Source: Bacteriovoracaceae bacterium (GTDB lineage: Bacteria; Bdellovibrionota; Bacteriovoracia; Bacteriovoracales; Bacteriovoracaceae). Taken from it: DNA of 64,000 nt. Shown piece after piece: positions 39,536 through 49,415 of the stretch (within the stretch, counting starts at the first letter, position 1; each line of letters starts with the position of its first letter). The notes under the pieces are model-generated. The model did no database searches and was not told the DNA's origin. It saw only the letters and a list, made by a program, of their open reading frames with translations. The position numbers were made by a program, and so were the translations under genes. Where the stretch lies: the NCBI GenBank assembly GCA_048270185.1, contig JBLWTJ010000001.1, positions 64,001 through 128,000 of the forward strand, in the 5' to 3' direction.

Positions 39536-41968
39536 ATGGCAATGCGTCACGATCATTTAACATTCCCTGCGGGTAAGAAAGATGGCCACAAAGTAACAAA
39601 AGTAGTTTTGGTTCAACTTGGTTCTCCGAAATCTCCAGCAGTTAAAGATGTTAGAACATACTTAAAAGAATTCTTAGGCGATCCAAGAGTCGTCGATATC
39701 AATCCTCTCTTATGGAAGATTATTTTAAACCTCTTTGTCATTCCATTTAGGCCAAAGAGATCTGCTGCACTCTATAGTCGAATTTGGGAGGGGAGTGAAT
39801 TTCCTCTAACTCGTATTACAAGAGAGTTTACACTTAAGGTAAATGAATTAACTCCTGATCATATCGAAGTTGAACACGCCTTTTTACTATGTGAACCACG
39901 TGTTGCTGATGTCTATGCAAAGTGGGAGAAGGAGCTAGAAGAAAGACTTGAGCCAGCTCAAAAACTAATCGTCATCCCAATGTTTCCTCAGTACTCAGAG
40001 TCGACAATTGCAAGTGGTATTGACTTCTTTGGGAAACTTCTTGAGACTAAAGTTCGAATTCCAAATTTTGAAGTCATTACAAACTTTCATCGCCTTCAAT
40101 CTTTCATTGATAACTCAGTACGTATTATTAATGAGAAGATTGCGACTGAAGAAATTGATGAATTAGTCATCTCTTTTCATGGTATCCCAAAGAGGCGAGT
40201 GATTTATAAGAAAGACCCATACTATCAGCACTGCTTTGAAACTTTTCAATTCATCCTTGCTGGTATCAAGGGAATCACTTCAGATAAAGTTCATATGACT
40301 TTCCAGTCACGTTTTGGAAGTGAAGAATGGCTAACTCCATACACTGATGAATTTACTGTCAACCTCGCTAAAGATGGAGCAAAGAATATTGCGGTTTATT
40401 GTCCGGCCTTTGTTGCTGATTGCCTCGAGACAATTGATGAAATTGGAACTGAACTACAAGAAGAAGTTGAGGAGTATGGAACTAAGATACATGCAATCCC
40501 TTGCTTAAATGATGATGAGCAGTGGGCCAGTGGATTTGCAAATTATGTCGAGACTCTTTGTGATAACCCAAAAGAAGTTGAAAAAATTGAATACGAATTA
40601 CCAAAGGAAAAATACATGGATATGCCAAAGCAGACGATGGAGTCTGAACCTCTAAGTGATAATGCAAAGAAGTCACTAAAAATAGTCTTTCTAACTCTCT
40701 TTCTCGACTTAGTTGGATTCTCGATTATTTTCCCTTTATTTCCATCATTAGCTAAGTACTACTTAACTGTTGATGCTGATAATATTTTCTTAAAGGCAAT
40801 CTTTGGATCAATTGATACCTTAACGAGTGCAGGTGGCGCAGGAAGTTTCTCGGCCATCGTTCTCTTTGGTGGTGCGCTTGGTGCTCTTTATTCTTTATTA
40901 CAATTTATTGCTGCACCAATTTGGGGAACCATCTCAGATCGTATTGGACGTAAACCAGTTCTTTTAATTTCTGTTTTCGGACTCTTTATTAGTTATGTTA
41001 TGTGGGCCGTTGCTGGAAATTTCACAATCCTTATTCTTGCTCGCTTTATTGGCGGAATTATGGGGGGCAATATTTCAACAGCAACTGCAGTTGTAGCAGA
41101 TGTCACAACAAATAAGAACCGTTCAAAAGGGATGGCGACAATTGGTATTGCCTTTGCTCTTGGTTTCATTATTGGTCCAGCAATGGGGGGGATCTTATCT
41201 CTCTTTGATTTAACAAAGATGTATCCATCTCTTGCCTCAATTGGAATTAACCCATTCTCAATGGCCGCGATCGTAGCAGGGCTACTTTCTCTTTTTAACT
41301 TATATAATCTTTATAAGAAGTTTGATGAAACACTTCCTCCTGAAAAGCGTGGTCAGCACGAAACAGAAAGAAGTGCTAACCCTCTTAAGTTATTTAAGCC
41401 TCTGCCATATAAAGGCGTAAACTTAACTAATTTCGGTTACTTTTTATTTCTACTAGCATTTAGTGGCATGGAGTTTACGTTAACATTCCTTGCGGCCGAA
41501 AGACTTAATTATTCTTCGATGGATAATGCTTATATGTTTATCTTTATCGGTCTTGTTCTTGCTCTTGTACAAGGTGGCTACGTTAGAAGAAAAGCGCATA
41601 CAGTAGGTGAGAAGCGCATGGCCTTACAAGGTCTTGTGACGATTATTCCTGGACTTATTTTAATTGGAATGGCCTCTTCTTCATGGCTTGTTTATGCAGG
41701 ACTATTCTTCTTAGCAATCGGATCATCTCTTGTTATTCCATGTCTGACTTCACTTGTGTCGATGTACTCACCGGCACAAAGCCAAGGTCATGTGATTGGT
41801 GTTTTTAGATCTCTCGGTGCACTGGCCAGAGTATTTGGGCCAATTGTCGCTTCTCTTGTTTACTGGCGATACAACTCGGCAGCTCCTTATTACTTAGGGA
41901 GTGTCTTTTTAATAATACCAATTTTAATGATTGCGAGACTACCAAAGCCTCAAGAAATTAAAGGATAG
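39536..41968 (+). CDS. hemH: Ferrochelatase fused to an MFS transporter
   Basis: aa ~20-345: QLGSP, FPQYS, SFHGIP, FQSRFG..EWLTPYT, FVADCLETIDEI. aa ~380-810: multi-TM MFS with motif A GTISDRIGRKPVL. One continuous frame. Confidence 0.88.
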   Translation: MAMRHDHLTFPAGKKDGHKVTKVVLVQLGSPKSPAVKDVRTYLKEFLGDPRVVDINPLLWKIILNLFVIPFRPKRSAALYSRIWEGSEFPLTRITREFTLKVNELTPDHIEVEHAFLLCEPRVADVYAKWEKELEERLEPAQKLIVIPMFPQYSESTIASGIDFFGKLLETKVRIPNFEVITNFHRLQSFIDNSVRIINEKIATEEIDELVISFHGIPKRRVIYKKDPYYQHCFETFQFILAGIKGITSDKVHMTFQSRFGSEEWLTPYTDEFTVNLAKDGAKNIAVYCPAFVADCLETIDEIGTELQEEVEEYGTKIHAIPCLNDDEQWASGFANYVETLCDNPKEVEKIEYELPKEKYMDMPKQTMESEPLSDNAKKSLKIVFLTLFLDLVGFSIIFPLFPSLAKYYLTVDADNIFLKAIFGSIDTLTSAGGAGSFSAIVLFGGALGALYSLLQFIAAPIWGTISDRIGRKPVLLISVFGLFISYVMWAVAGNFTILILARFIGGIMGGNISTATAVVADVTTNKNRSKGMATIGIAFALGFIIGPAMGGILSLFDLTKMYPSLASIGINPFSMAAIVAGLLSLFNLYNLYKKFDETLPPEKRGQHETERSANPLKLFKPLPYKGVNLTNFGYFLFLLAFSGMEFTLTFLAAERLNYSSMDNAYMFIFIGLVLALVQGGYVRRKAHTVGEKRMALQGLVTIIPGLILIGMASSSWLVYAGLFFLAIGSSLVIPCLTSLVSMYSPAQSQGHVIGVFRSLGALARVFGPIVASLVYWRYNSAAPYYLGSVFLIIPILMIARLPKPQEIKG

Positions 41969-42017
41969 GTCTGCTCCGGCTCCTGCCTCTCGCAGACATA
42001 CCGTACATCCTGTACAT

Positions 42018-42047
42018 AAAAAAAGCCTAGCATTAGCTAGGCTTTTT
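42018..42047. terminator. Bidirectional terminator
   Basis: A7-GCCTAGC-ATTA-GCTAGGC-T5. Confidence 0.88.
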
Positions 42048-42052
42048 ATTTT

Positions 42053-42535
42053 TTAGTGTCCAGTTTTCATTTCGATTTGTGACTGCATGTAATTCTCAAC
42101 ACCAATTTTTTCAATCAGTGCTAGTTGAGTTTCTAGCCAGTCAACATGTTCTTCTTCTGAGTCTAGGATTTTAGAAAGAAGGTCACGTGAAACATAGTCT
42201 TGTTTCTTCTCACATAATTCAATGGCCTCTTTTAGAAGAGGTACAGTTTCAGCTTCTGTTTCAAGATCGGCTTCAATGATCTCTTTTACATTTTGGCCGA
42301 TTCTAATTCTTTCAAGTTTTTGAAGATTTGGCAGCCCTTCAAGAAATAAGATTCTCTTGATGACTTCATCGGCAAATTTCATCTCATCGATACTTGCTTT
42401 GTATTCTAAATGGCCAATCTTATCTAGTCCCCAATCTTCAAGCATACGAGCGTGAAGGAAGTATTGGTTAATGGCCGTTAATTCTTTTGTTAGTACTCCG
42501 TTAAGAGCTTTGATTACGTCTTGATCACCTTTCAT
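42053..42535 (-). CDS. bfr: Bacterioferritin
   Basis: MKGD, ELTAINQYFLH, RILFLEGLPNLQ, EEEHVDWLETQL; Met52 present. Confidence 0.95.
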   Translation of the reverse strand: MKGDQDVIKALNGVLTKELTAINQYFLHARMLEDWGLDKIGHLEYKASIDEMKFADEVIKRILFLEGLPNLQKLERIRIGQNVKEIIEADLETEAETVPLLKEAIELCEKKQDYVSRDLLSKILDSEEEHVDWLETQLALIEKIGVENYMQSQIEMKTGH

Positions 42536-42601
42536 GATTAATCCCTTTCATATTTATTTTATGAGTTAATGCTATAGAAGAATGGCGTGTGTTTCAAGGA
42601 C

Positions 42602-42814
42602 TTATTTTTTTGGTAGGGTTAAGTTTTTACTTTTAACTTCGTTCTTTTGAGATTGATTTTTTTTAGAAAGACCTGCTGAGACTTGTTCGATAAGACAAAC
42701 ACCGCATGAATTACCAACACCAAGTTTATTCATAACTTCTTTTTCTGTCTGACCCTGCTTAATTGCATTGTCTAACATATCTTGTGTGATGGCATTACAT
42801 ATACATACGTACAT
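42602..42814 (-). CDS. bfd: Bacterioferritin-associated ferredoxin
   Basis: MYVCICNAIT...GVGNSCGVC; upstream of bfr. Confidence 0.9.
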   Translation of the reverse strand: MYVCICNAITQDMLDNAIKQGQTEKEVMNKLGVGNSCGVCLIEQVSAGLSKKNQSQKNEVKSKNLTLPKK

Positions 42815-42910
42815 TTTCTTATCTCCTTGTTATATATTATCGGCATTAGTTTCAATAATCAAACAAAAAGTTGGCGTCTAATATATTTTTTAGGGGAGTC
42901 TAATGAAAAA

Positions 42911-43765
42911 TCAAGTGTTTAGATATTTTAACATTTCCTTAATTAAAAGATCTGCCAGGCCTTGTTCTCCGATTAATAAGTCAGTATAGGCCATACCTGC
43001 GGAGCTATTGGCCTCGAGAAATTTAAATTGGCCATCTAATCCTTCAAGAATATCCACGGTGATAAAGTGAAAGTCTAGGCTCGATTCAATGGCCTGTGTA
43101 ATGTTCATCACTTCTTTAGGAGTATCATTAACTGCGAAGTTCTTTGTTAGCGAGTTTTTAAAGTTTAAGATTTGAAAATCGGCCTCTGTATGCTTTGGAC
43201 TTTTTCTTATGATGATCTTTTGAGTTTTACCAATACAGATAACACGCCACTCATAGCGCATTTCAAAATAGGGCTGAATTATATAATTGAGATCTGCGCT
43301 TTCGATGATTTGTCTTCGATCAGTGGCCAAGTCAGTACTGGTGCGTACTCCATATCCCTTTTGTCCACGGATCGTTTTGATAATCCACTTCTGTGACTTT
43401 GTTAAAAATTGTCCATTATCGATTAATTCTTTTGTTTCAATCATCTTCTCAGATCCAAGAATATCCTTGAAATAACGATATTGAACGAGTTTATCTCTTA
43501 ATATTCTTGAACAGCTAACTGAGTTTACTATTGGAGCCTTGCAATCCTTACTTAGCACATCCAAGTCTTCATCATTGTAATTAAGTCCTGTGTTACGATT
43601 GATAACGAAGAGGCACTCGTTAAGTATATGTCGATTATTCTCTAGCTCATCAGTTCTTAAAATGATTGGTCTTAGTCCATTATCTTTAATGGCATTTACT
43701 AGGGCCTTCGTGGCGTAGAGTTCTGGGTTATTGCTAATGATGAGAATAGTTTTTGTGGATTGCAT
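42911..43765 (-). CDS. RimK-like ATP-grasp protein
   Basis: RDKL, IIKTIRGQKGYGV, IIQPYF, EWRV, VDIL, LEANSSAG. Confidence 0.78.
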   Translation of the reverse strand: MQSTKTILIISNNPELYATKALVNAIKDNGLRPIILRTDELENNRHILNECLFVINRNTGLNYNDEDLDVLSKDCKAPIVNSVSCSRILRDKLVQYRYFKDILGSEKMIETKELIDNGQFLTKSQKWIIKTIRGQKGYGVRTSTDLATDRRQIIESADLNYIIQPYFEMRYEWRVICIGKTQKIIIRKSPKHTEADFQILNFKNSLTKNFAVNDTPKEVMNITQAIESSLDFHFITVDILEGLDGQFKFLEANSSAGMAYTDLLIGEQGLADLLIKEMLKYLNT

Positions 43766-43852
43766 AATTAATGAGATCTCTATAAAATATTGATATTATA
43801 TCTATTTTGTATGATATTATAACTTGTTATTAATATAGCCAAATTGGTAGCT

Positions 43853-44962
43853 ATGGAATCAAATTTTAAATATAAATTAATTATATCATCTCTATTCTTA
43901 CTTCTTACTGCTTGTAGCGGAGTTGAAGTTATACAATCAAATCAAAAACCAGAAGTAGCTCGTAAAGAAGTAAAGCATCCAACGACACACAAAGTTGCTG
44001 AGCATGCCGAAGATATTTCATCTAACTTCACTGACCATTCTCATAAGAATGACTTTGTAAAAGAGTCTAATTCAAAGAGAATCAACGCTTTCTGTGGTGA
44101 TATCGATAAGAGTTTTAAAAAATATGGCTGGGGTGAGTCACATTGTGAGTCCTATAAATGGATTCATGTAAGAGATACTCATCAAGGCCGTCCTATTATG
44201 TGGACAGTTTTCGGAGATGAATCTGAGCACAAAGTAGAACCAAAGAATATGACTCTTATCTTCTGTGGTGTACACGGAGACGAGATTACACCGATTAAAT
44301 TCTGTTTTGATATTCTTCATCATCTCTACCATGAAGTGAATACTATCGAAGGCAAGAAGAAGTTTAAGAATAACTTAGTGGCCGTGGCACCTATTGTATC
44401 GCCAGATTCATTCTTTAAGAAAAGGCCAACAAGAACAAACTCTCGCGGCATCGATCCAAATCGTAACTTTCCAACAGCAGATTGGGATAAGAACGCTCTA
44501 AGGCTTTGGAAGAGCCGCTATCGTTCTGCAAAGAGACGTTTTCCTGGATATAAGGCAAACTCTGAACAAGAGACAGTTTTTCAAGTTAATATCATTGCCC
44601 GCTATAATCCAGATAAGATTATCACGGTTCACGCGCCACTGACGATTCTTGATTATGATGGGCCCGTTGTTTCAAATCATATCCATGAAGAAGATGGACT
44701 GGCACTTAAGGCCGAAGAACTTCTCAATACGATGAGTAAGAAGGCCAATGGTTATAAAGTTAAGAATTACCCATTCTTCCCTGGAAGTCTTGGTAACTAT
44801 GCCGGTAACGAAAGAAAGATTCCAACTTATACGCTTGAGCTTCCTTCAAGTGATAATCGCAACCACAAAAAGTATTGGAAGATGTTTAGAGAATCAATTG
44901 ATTTTGCCCTCTTTCATGCTCCAATGACTCGTAGTGAAGTGACGGCCAATAAGATTGATTAG
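43853..44962 (+). CDS. M14 zinc carboxypeptidase (MpaA-like) lipoprotein
   Basis: Lipobox LTAC, GVHGDE, DPNRNFP, SEQET, PGSLGNY, TLELP. Confidence 0.87.
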   Translation: MESNFKYKLIISSLFLLLTACSGVEVIQSNQKPEVARKEVKHPTTHKVAEHAEDISSNFTDHSHKNDFVKESNSKRINAFCGDIDKSFKKYGWGESHCESYKWIHVRDTHQGRPIMWTVFGDESEHKVEPKNMTLIFCGVHGDEITPIKFCFDILHHLYHEVNTIEGKKKFKNNLVAVAPIVSPDSFFKKRPTRTNSRGIDPNRNFPTADWDKNALRLWKSRYRSAKRRFPGYKANSEQETVFQVNIIARYNPDKIITVHAPLTILDYDGPVVSNHIHEEDGLALKAEELLNTMSKKANGYKVKNYPFFPGSLGNYAGNERKIPTYTLELPSSDNRNHKKYWKMFRESIDFALFHAPMTRSEVTANKID

Positions 44963-45054
44963 ATATTAGTCATTTTAGGTAGTTGTCCGCCACTTTTTTT
45001 CAAATTAGGTCGAATTAAATTGACTGAAATTCTAATATTAACTATTAGTAATCT

Positions 45055-45978
45055 ATGGAAAAGATGACTTACAAACTAGTGGGCCTTGCCCAATCTAGTA
45101 CGCCTTATGATATGGCAATTACTACTGATACAATCACAAATAATAGTGTGAATATTATCGGTTTTGGTTTCGATGGCACTGCTTGTTTTAGAAAAGGAAC
45201 TCGCTTAGGTCCAGATGCTCTTCGTGAAGTTTCTGATGGGATTGAAGTTTATTCACCATACTTAAACTTATCTACTGAAGACTATACATTCTATGATCTT
45301 GGAAATCTTCCTATTAAGAATCAGGAAGAAGAGAGTTGGTTTGAGGCGACAAAGTGCTTTGAAGATAACTTCACTCCAATCAATCTTAAAGAAGCAGATA
45401 TTAAACTTCTCACACTTGGTGGAGAGCACTCGATTTCATATGGCCCAATCAAGAAGTACTTAAATGACTTTGATGATCTTATGCTTATTCACTTAGATGC
45501 GCATGCGGATCTTCGCGATGGTTATCTTGGATATCATTACTCACATGCTTCAATTATTAAAAGATGCTTGGATCACTTTGGCCCAAAACATGGCCTTATC
45601 CAATACGGAATTCGTTCAGGTACAAAAGAAGAATATGAGTATATGAATAAGGAAGGGACGATTGCAAAATCCCGCGCTGAATTCCTTGAGAGAGTTCGTG
45701 CTATTGATAGCAAGAGACCAATTTATTTAACTCTGGATCTTGATTATTTTGATCCTAGCTTCTTTCCGGGAACGGGAACACCTGAGCCAGGTGGAGAGGA
45801 TTTTCATTCTTTTATTAGCTTTATTAAAATTCTTCAAGAAAAGAATACTGTTGGGTGTGATGTTGTTGAACTTGCACCTGAAATTGATACATCAGGAAAT
45901 AGTTCCGTTTTTGCGGCCAAGGTTGTTAGAGAAATAATTCTTCTTTTAACTTCTAAGACTCAAGGGGCACAAAAGTGA
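45055..45978 (+). CDS. speB: Agmatinase
   Basis: GGEHSIS, DAHADLRD, DLDYFDPS..PGTGTPEPGG. Confidence 0.93.
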   Translation: MEKMTYKLVGLAQSSTPYDMAITTDTITNNSVNIIGFGFDGTACFRKGTRLGPDALREVSDGIEVYSPYLNLSTEDYTFYDLGNLPIKNQEEESWFEATKCFEDNFTPINLKEADIKLLTLGGEHSISYGPIKKYLNDFDDLMLIHLDAHADLRDGYLGYHYSHASIIKRCLDHFGPKHGLIQYGIRSGTKEEYEYMNKEGTIAKSRAEFLERVRAIDSKRPIYLTLDLDYFDPSFFPGTGTPEPGGEDFHSFISFIKILQEKNTVGCDVVELAPEIDTSGNSSVFAAKVVREIILLLTSKTQGAQK

Positions 45979-47885
45979 CAGATAAGTGGACAATTAACGA
46001 TTCAGATCGTCTTTATAATGTGAGTAAATGGAGTAATGGCTACTTCAAGATAAACGATAATGGTAATCTCATGGCAATGCCAAATCCAAAGAAGAACGTT
46101 GGTATTGAGCTAGATGATGTTATCGAAGAAGCAAAAGAACAAGGTCTGCAATTACCACTTGTTATTCGTTTTCACGATATTCTACGCTCGCAGGTAAAAC
46201 TTCTAAATAGTACTTTTCAAAAAGTAATTGATGATGAAGATTATCACGGGAAATTCTTTGGGGTTTATCCTGTCAAAGTAAATCAAATGAGAGAAGTTGT
46301 TGAAGAAATCGTTGATGCAGGTTCTCGTTATAATTACGGACTTGAAGCAGGTTCTAAACCAGAGCTGCTATCTGCGCTTGCTTATAATACAAATCTTGAT
46401 TCACTTACTGTTTTAAATGGTTATAAAGATCGTGATTACCTAAAGCTTGCTATCCTTGGGGCCAAGATAGGACGCAAGATTTTCGTTGTTATAGAAAAGT
46501 TCTCAGAACTTAAAATGCTAGTTGAGCTTGGAAAAGAACACGGAATCATTCCTTTCATTGGTATCCGCGGACGTATGACAGTTAAAGGTCGTGGTAAGTG
46601 GGAATCAAGTGGCGGAGAGAAGGCCAAATTTGGTCTGACGACTTCTGAAATTATTCTTGCTATTGAGTATCTTAAAAAGCATGACCGTCTCGACATGTTA
46701 AAGCTTTTTCACTTTCATATTGGATCTCAAATTACAGATATTCGTTCAATTAAAGAAGCGATTGAAGAGGGTTCACGTATTTATTGTAAGATGCAAAAGA
46801 TCGGTGCTCCTCTACAATACTTTGATGTTGGTGGTGGACTTGGTGTTGACTACGATGGAACGAACTCAACGAATGACTCATCAATTAACTATTCAATTAC
46901 AGATTATATAACTGATATCGTCTACGGCCTAAAATCTGTGTGCGATCTTGAAGGTGTTGAGCATCCTCATATTATTACTGAAAGTGGCCGAGCGATTACT
47001 GCTCACCATAGTTGTGTAATTACAAATATCATTGGTGAAATCGATAATACTAAAATCGAATTCTCGACTAAGCAAGAAACAGGTGAGCACAACCTTGTCA
47101 CTGAAATGAGACAAGTTGGAGAGGTTCTGGCAAAGACTAAGAATTGGCAAGAAGCATATAACGATGCCATGAAGATTAAGTCTGACTCAATCCACGCTTT
47201 TAAACTTGGAATTCTTGAACTTGAAGAGCGTGCAAAGATTGAGACAATGCACCTTCGTATTCTAAAAGAAATTAATACATTAGTCCCTGAAGAGGATTTT
47301 CAATCTGAATTAATGGAAGATTTAGAAAATACTCTTAGTGGACAATATCTTTGTAACTTCTCTGTTTTTCAATCAGCTTGTGATAGCTGGGCAATTGAGC
47401 AAGTCCTTCCTGTTGTTCCTCTAAAACGTCTTGATGAAAAACCTGGTAAGAGATCAACTCTTGCAGATATTACATGTGATAGTGATGGAAAAATTGATCG
47501 CTTCTATGATCCTGATGAAGGATTTAAGAAGACAATTGCAGTTCATCAGCTAACTGAAGGTGAAGAGTATCGCATCGGGATATTCTTAACAGGAGCATAT
47601 CAAGATGTAATGGGTGATATGCATAATCTCTTTGGCCGTGTTAACGAAGTTCACGTCTACGCTGATAGTGAAGATCCAAAAGGATTTTATATTGAGGAGA
47701 CTGTTGAAGGAAACTCTGCCCGTCAGGTTCTATCAACGATGCAATACAACCCTGAGTATATGGCCTTTAAAGTGAAGCGCTCGATTGATCGTCAAGTTGC
47801 TCGTGGACAGATTCGTCCTCGTGACGGTGTGTCATTAGTTGACTTCTACGAGGCCTGTCTTCAGAGTTATACTTACTTGTCGTAG
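45975..47885 (+). CDS. speA: Biosynthetic arginine decarboxylase
   Basis: YPVKVNQ, GLEAGSKPEL, HFHIGSQ, ESGRA, DITCDSDG, GAYQ..GDMHNLFG. Confidence 0.96.
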   Translation: MTDKWTINDSDRLYNVSKWSNGYFKINDNGNLMAMPNPKKNVGIELDDVIEEAKEQGLQLPLVIRFHDILRSQVKLLNSTFQKVIDDEDYHGKFFGVYPVKVNQMREVVEEIVDAGSRYNYGLEAGSKPELLSALAYNTNLDSLTVLNGYKDRDYLKLAILGAKIGRKIFVVIEKFSELKMLVELGKEHGIIPFIGIRGRMTVKGRGKWESSGGEKAKFGLTTSEIILAIEYLKKHDRLDMLKLFHFHIGSQITDIRSIKEAIEEGSRIYCKMQKIGAPLQYFDVGGGLGVDYDGTNSTNDSSINYSITDYITDIVYGLKSVCDLEGVEHPHIITESGRAITAHHSCVITNIIGEIDNTKIEFSTKQETGEHNLVTEMRQVGEVLAKTKNWQEAYNDAMKIKSDSIHAFKLGILELEERAKIETMHLRILKEINTLVPEEDFQSELMEDLENTLSGQYLCNFSVFQSACDSWAIEQVLPVVPLKRLDEKPGKRSTLADITCDSDGKIDRFYDPDEGFKKTIAVHQLTEGEEYRIGIFLTGAYQDVMGDMHNLFGRVNEVHVYADSEDPKGFYIEETVEGNSARQVLSTMQYNPEYMAFKVKRSIDRQVARGQIRPRDGVSLVDFYEACLQSYTYLS

Positions 47886-47984
47886 AATTACTTTGAAATT
47901 AATCGGTCCCTGATAATTGACTTACTTACTTTAGTGTTTGATAATTAATTATTACTAAAAGAAAGTTTGTCAGGGATCGATAAC

Positions 47985-49046
47985 ATGTCTTTAACATTTG
48001 AAAAGAATTCAAAACCAAATCTATTATCTAAAACCAATTACTTAATCATCTGCACTTTGACATTTATGACTCATGGAGTTCTTGTCTATAATTGGCTTAT
48101 GACTCGTAATATGTACAACCTCATCTTTATGGTCATTGGTGGTGTGTTTGCAATTACGGCCATTATTCCGATGATTAAAGAATATTATACAAAAGTACGT
48201 CTTGTTAATGATAAGAAGCTGATGGAGTTGGAAGTTGAAAGACTTAAGTCCGAAGTTAAAGAATTAAAAGATAGTAAAAAGGCCATGCAATTAAAGCTTT
48301 CTGAAGAAATGTCCCTTACCGATGAACAATCAGATCGTATTTCTCACTTCGAGCAACAGGCCCTTCAATTTGCAAATATAATTGATGATCTTCAAGCTCA
48401 GTTAGTTCTTTTTAAAGATACCCATACTGGTGTTGAAGATATTGCTCAGCAAATCAATGAGCTTCGTGAAAGAGGTCTTGATTTTATTGCAGGACTTGAT
48501 AGTGGCACAAAAGAAGATGAAGAGCAGTTCCATGCAACTTTTAATAACTTTATGAATGAGTTTAAAGATATGAAAGATCTTATCTTTCAACTTAAAACTC
48601 TAAGCTTTAGAGTTGATGTTCAGGCTTCATTATTAAATGATTCTGAGATGGCCCAATCTTCAAGTGAACTAGAAGGGCTAAGTCGTAATCTTGCAAAATT
48701 CTATAATACAATTATTGCTCTTCTTGCTAATTTAGAAGGTGATTTTGATAAGACGAAGAAAGAGCTACAGAATCGTCTTGAAACTTGTGCCCATGAGATT
48801 ACAGATTACACAGATTGCCAGCAAGATCTTAGTGCGGAATTGACAGAGTATAGCGAACAACTTGGTGTCGTTTATGATTGTGTTCAAAATAAACTTACAA
48901 TCTCAAATGAATTATTTGAAGAGATACCTACTGAAATGTCTCAAGAACTTGATGAGGAAGTGGATTCTTTCGATGTATTCATTGAAGAAAACACAGTAAT
49001 TTCAGCAACTAATCCATCAGTTTCAACTGATGCCTTCATTCAATAA
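47985..49046 (+). CDS. 2-TM coiled-coil protein, degenerate chemoreceptor-like
   Basis: Two N-terminal TMs, long acidic coiled coil, QLKTLSFRVDVQAS resembling an MCP tip. Confidence 0.6.
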   Translation: MSLTFEKNSKPNLLSKTNYLIICTLTFMTHGVLVYNWLMTRNMYNLIFMVIGGVFAITAIIPMIKEYYTKVRLVNDKKLMELEVERLKSEVKELKDSKKAMQLKLSEEMSLTDEQSDRISHFEQQALQFANIIDDLQAQLVLFKDTHTGVEDIAQQINELRERGLDFIAGLDSGTKEDEEQFHATFNNFMNEFKDMKDLIFQLKTLSFRVDVQASLLNDSEMAQSSSELEGLSRNLAKFYNTIIALLANLEGDFDKTKKELQNRLETCAHEITDYTDCQQDLSAELTEYSEQLGVVYDCVQNKLTISNELFEEIPTEMSQELDEEVDSFDVFIEENTVISATNPSVSTDAFIQ

Positions 49047-49054
49047 TCAAATAT

Positions 49055-49082
49055 TAAAATAATTTCATTATTCGTCCGATAG
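49055..49082 (+). promoter_or_regulatory. Sigma-28-like promoter
   Basis: TAAA-N16-TCCGATAG upstream of ORF 49128. Confidence 0.45.
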
Positions 49083-49127
49083 GCAAGCAAATGACTCAAT
49101 TAGAGTCTGCTTGTCATCGGGGAATAT

Positions 49128-49415
49128 ATGCCAATTCAAGATTTATCAGACGTCGACTTATCTTCTGCAGATACACATTCTGAGGAAGGAGGAACTGTAC
49201 GTGAGCATAAATTTGGTGGAACCCATGGCCACAATGACCTTTCACACTTATCTCTTTATTACAAGCAGCCTTGGAAGTCACAGATTGGGCGCACTGGAAT
49301 AGTTATACTGAGCTTCTTTACTATTGGTCTTTTCTTATCTTTTGGTGCTCTATTTCTAAGTTATACAACTTTTGGGCGTGAGTTTCTTCAGCATCTAGTT
49401 TTTAAGATCTTCTAA
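49128..49415 (+). CDS. Small single-TM hypothetical protein
   Basis: GGGG RBS, C-terminal TM helix. Confidence 0.6.
   Translation: MPIQDLSDVDLSSADTHSEEGGTVREHKFGGTHGHNDLSHLSLYYKQPWKSQIGRTGIVILSFFTIGLFLSFGALFLSYTTFGREFLQHLVFKIF

Noticed and set aside
42837..42865. Fur box upstream of bfd
   Set aside because: The match is only a loose AT-rich one, too weak to call without a matrix scan.
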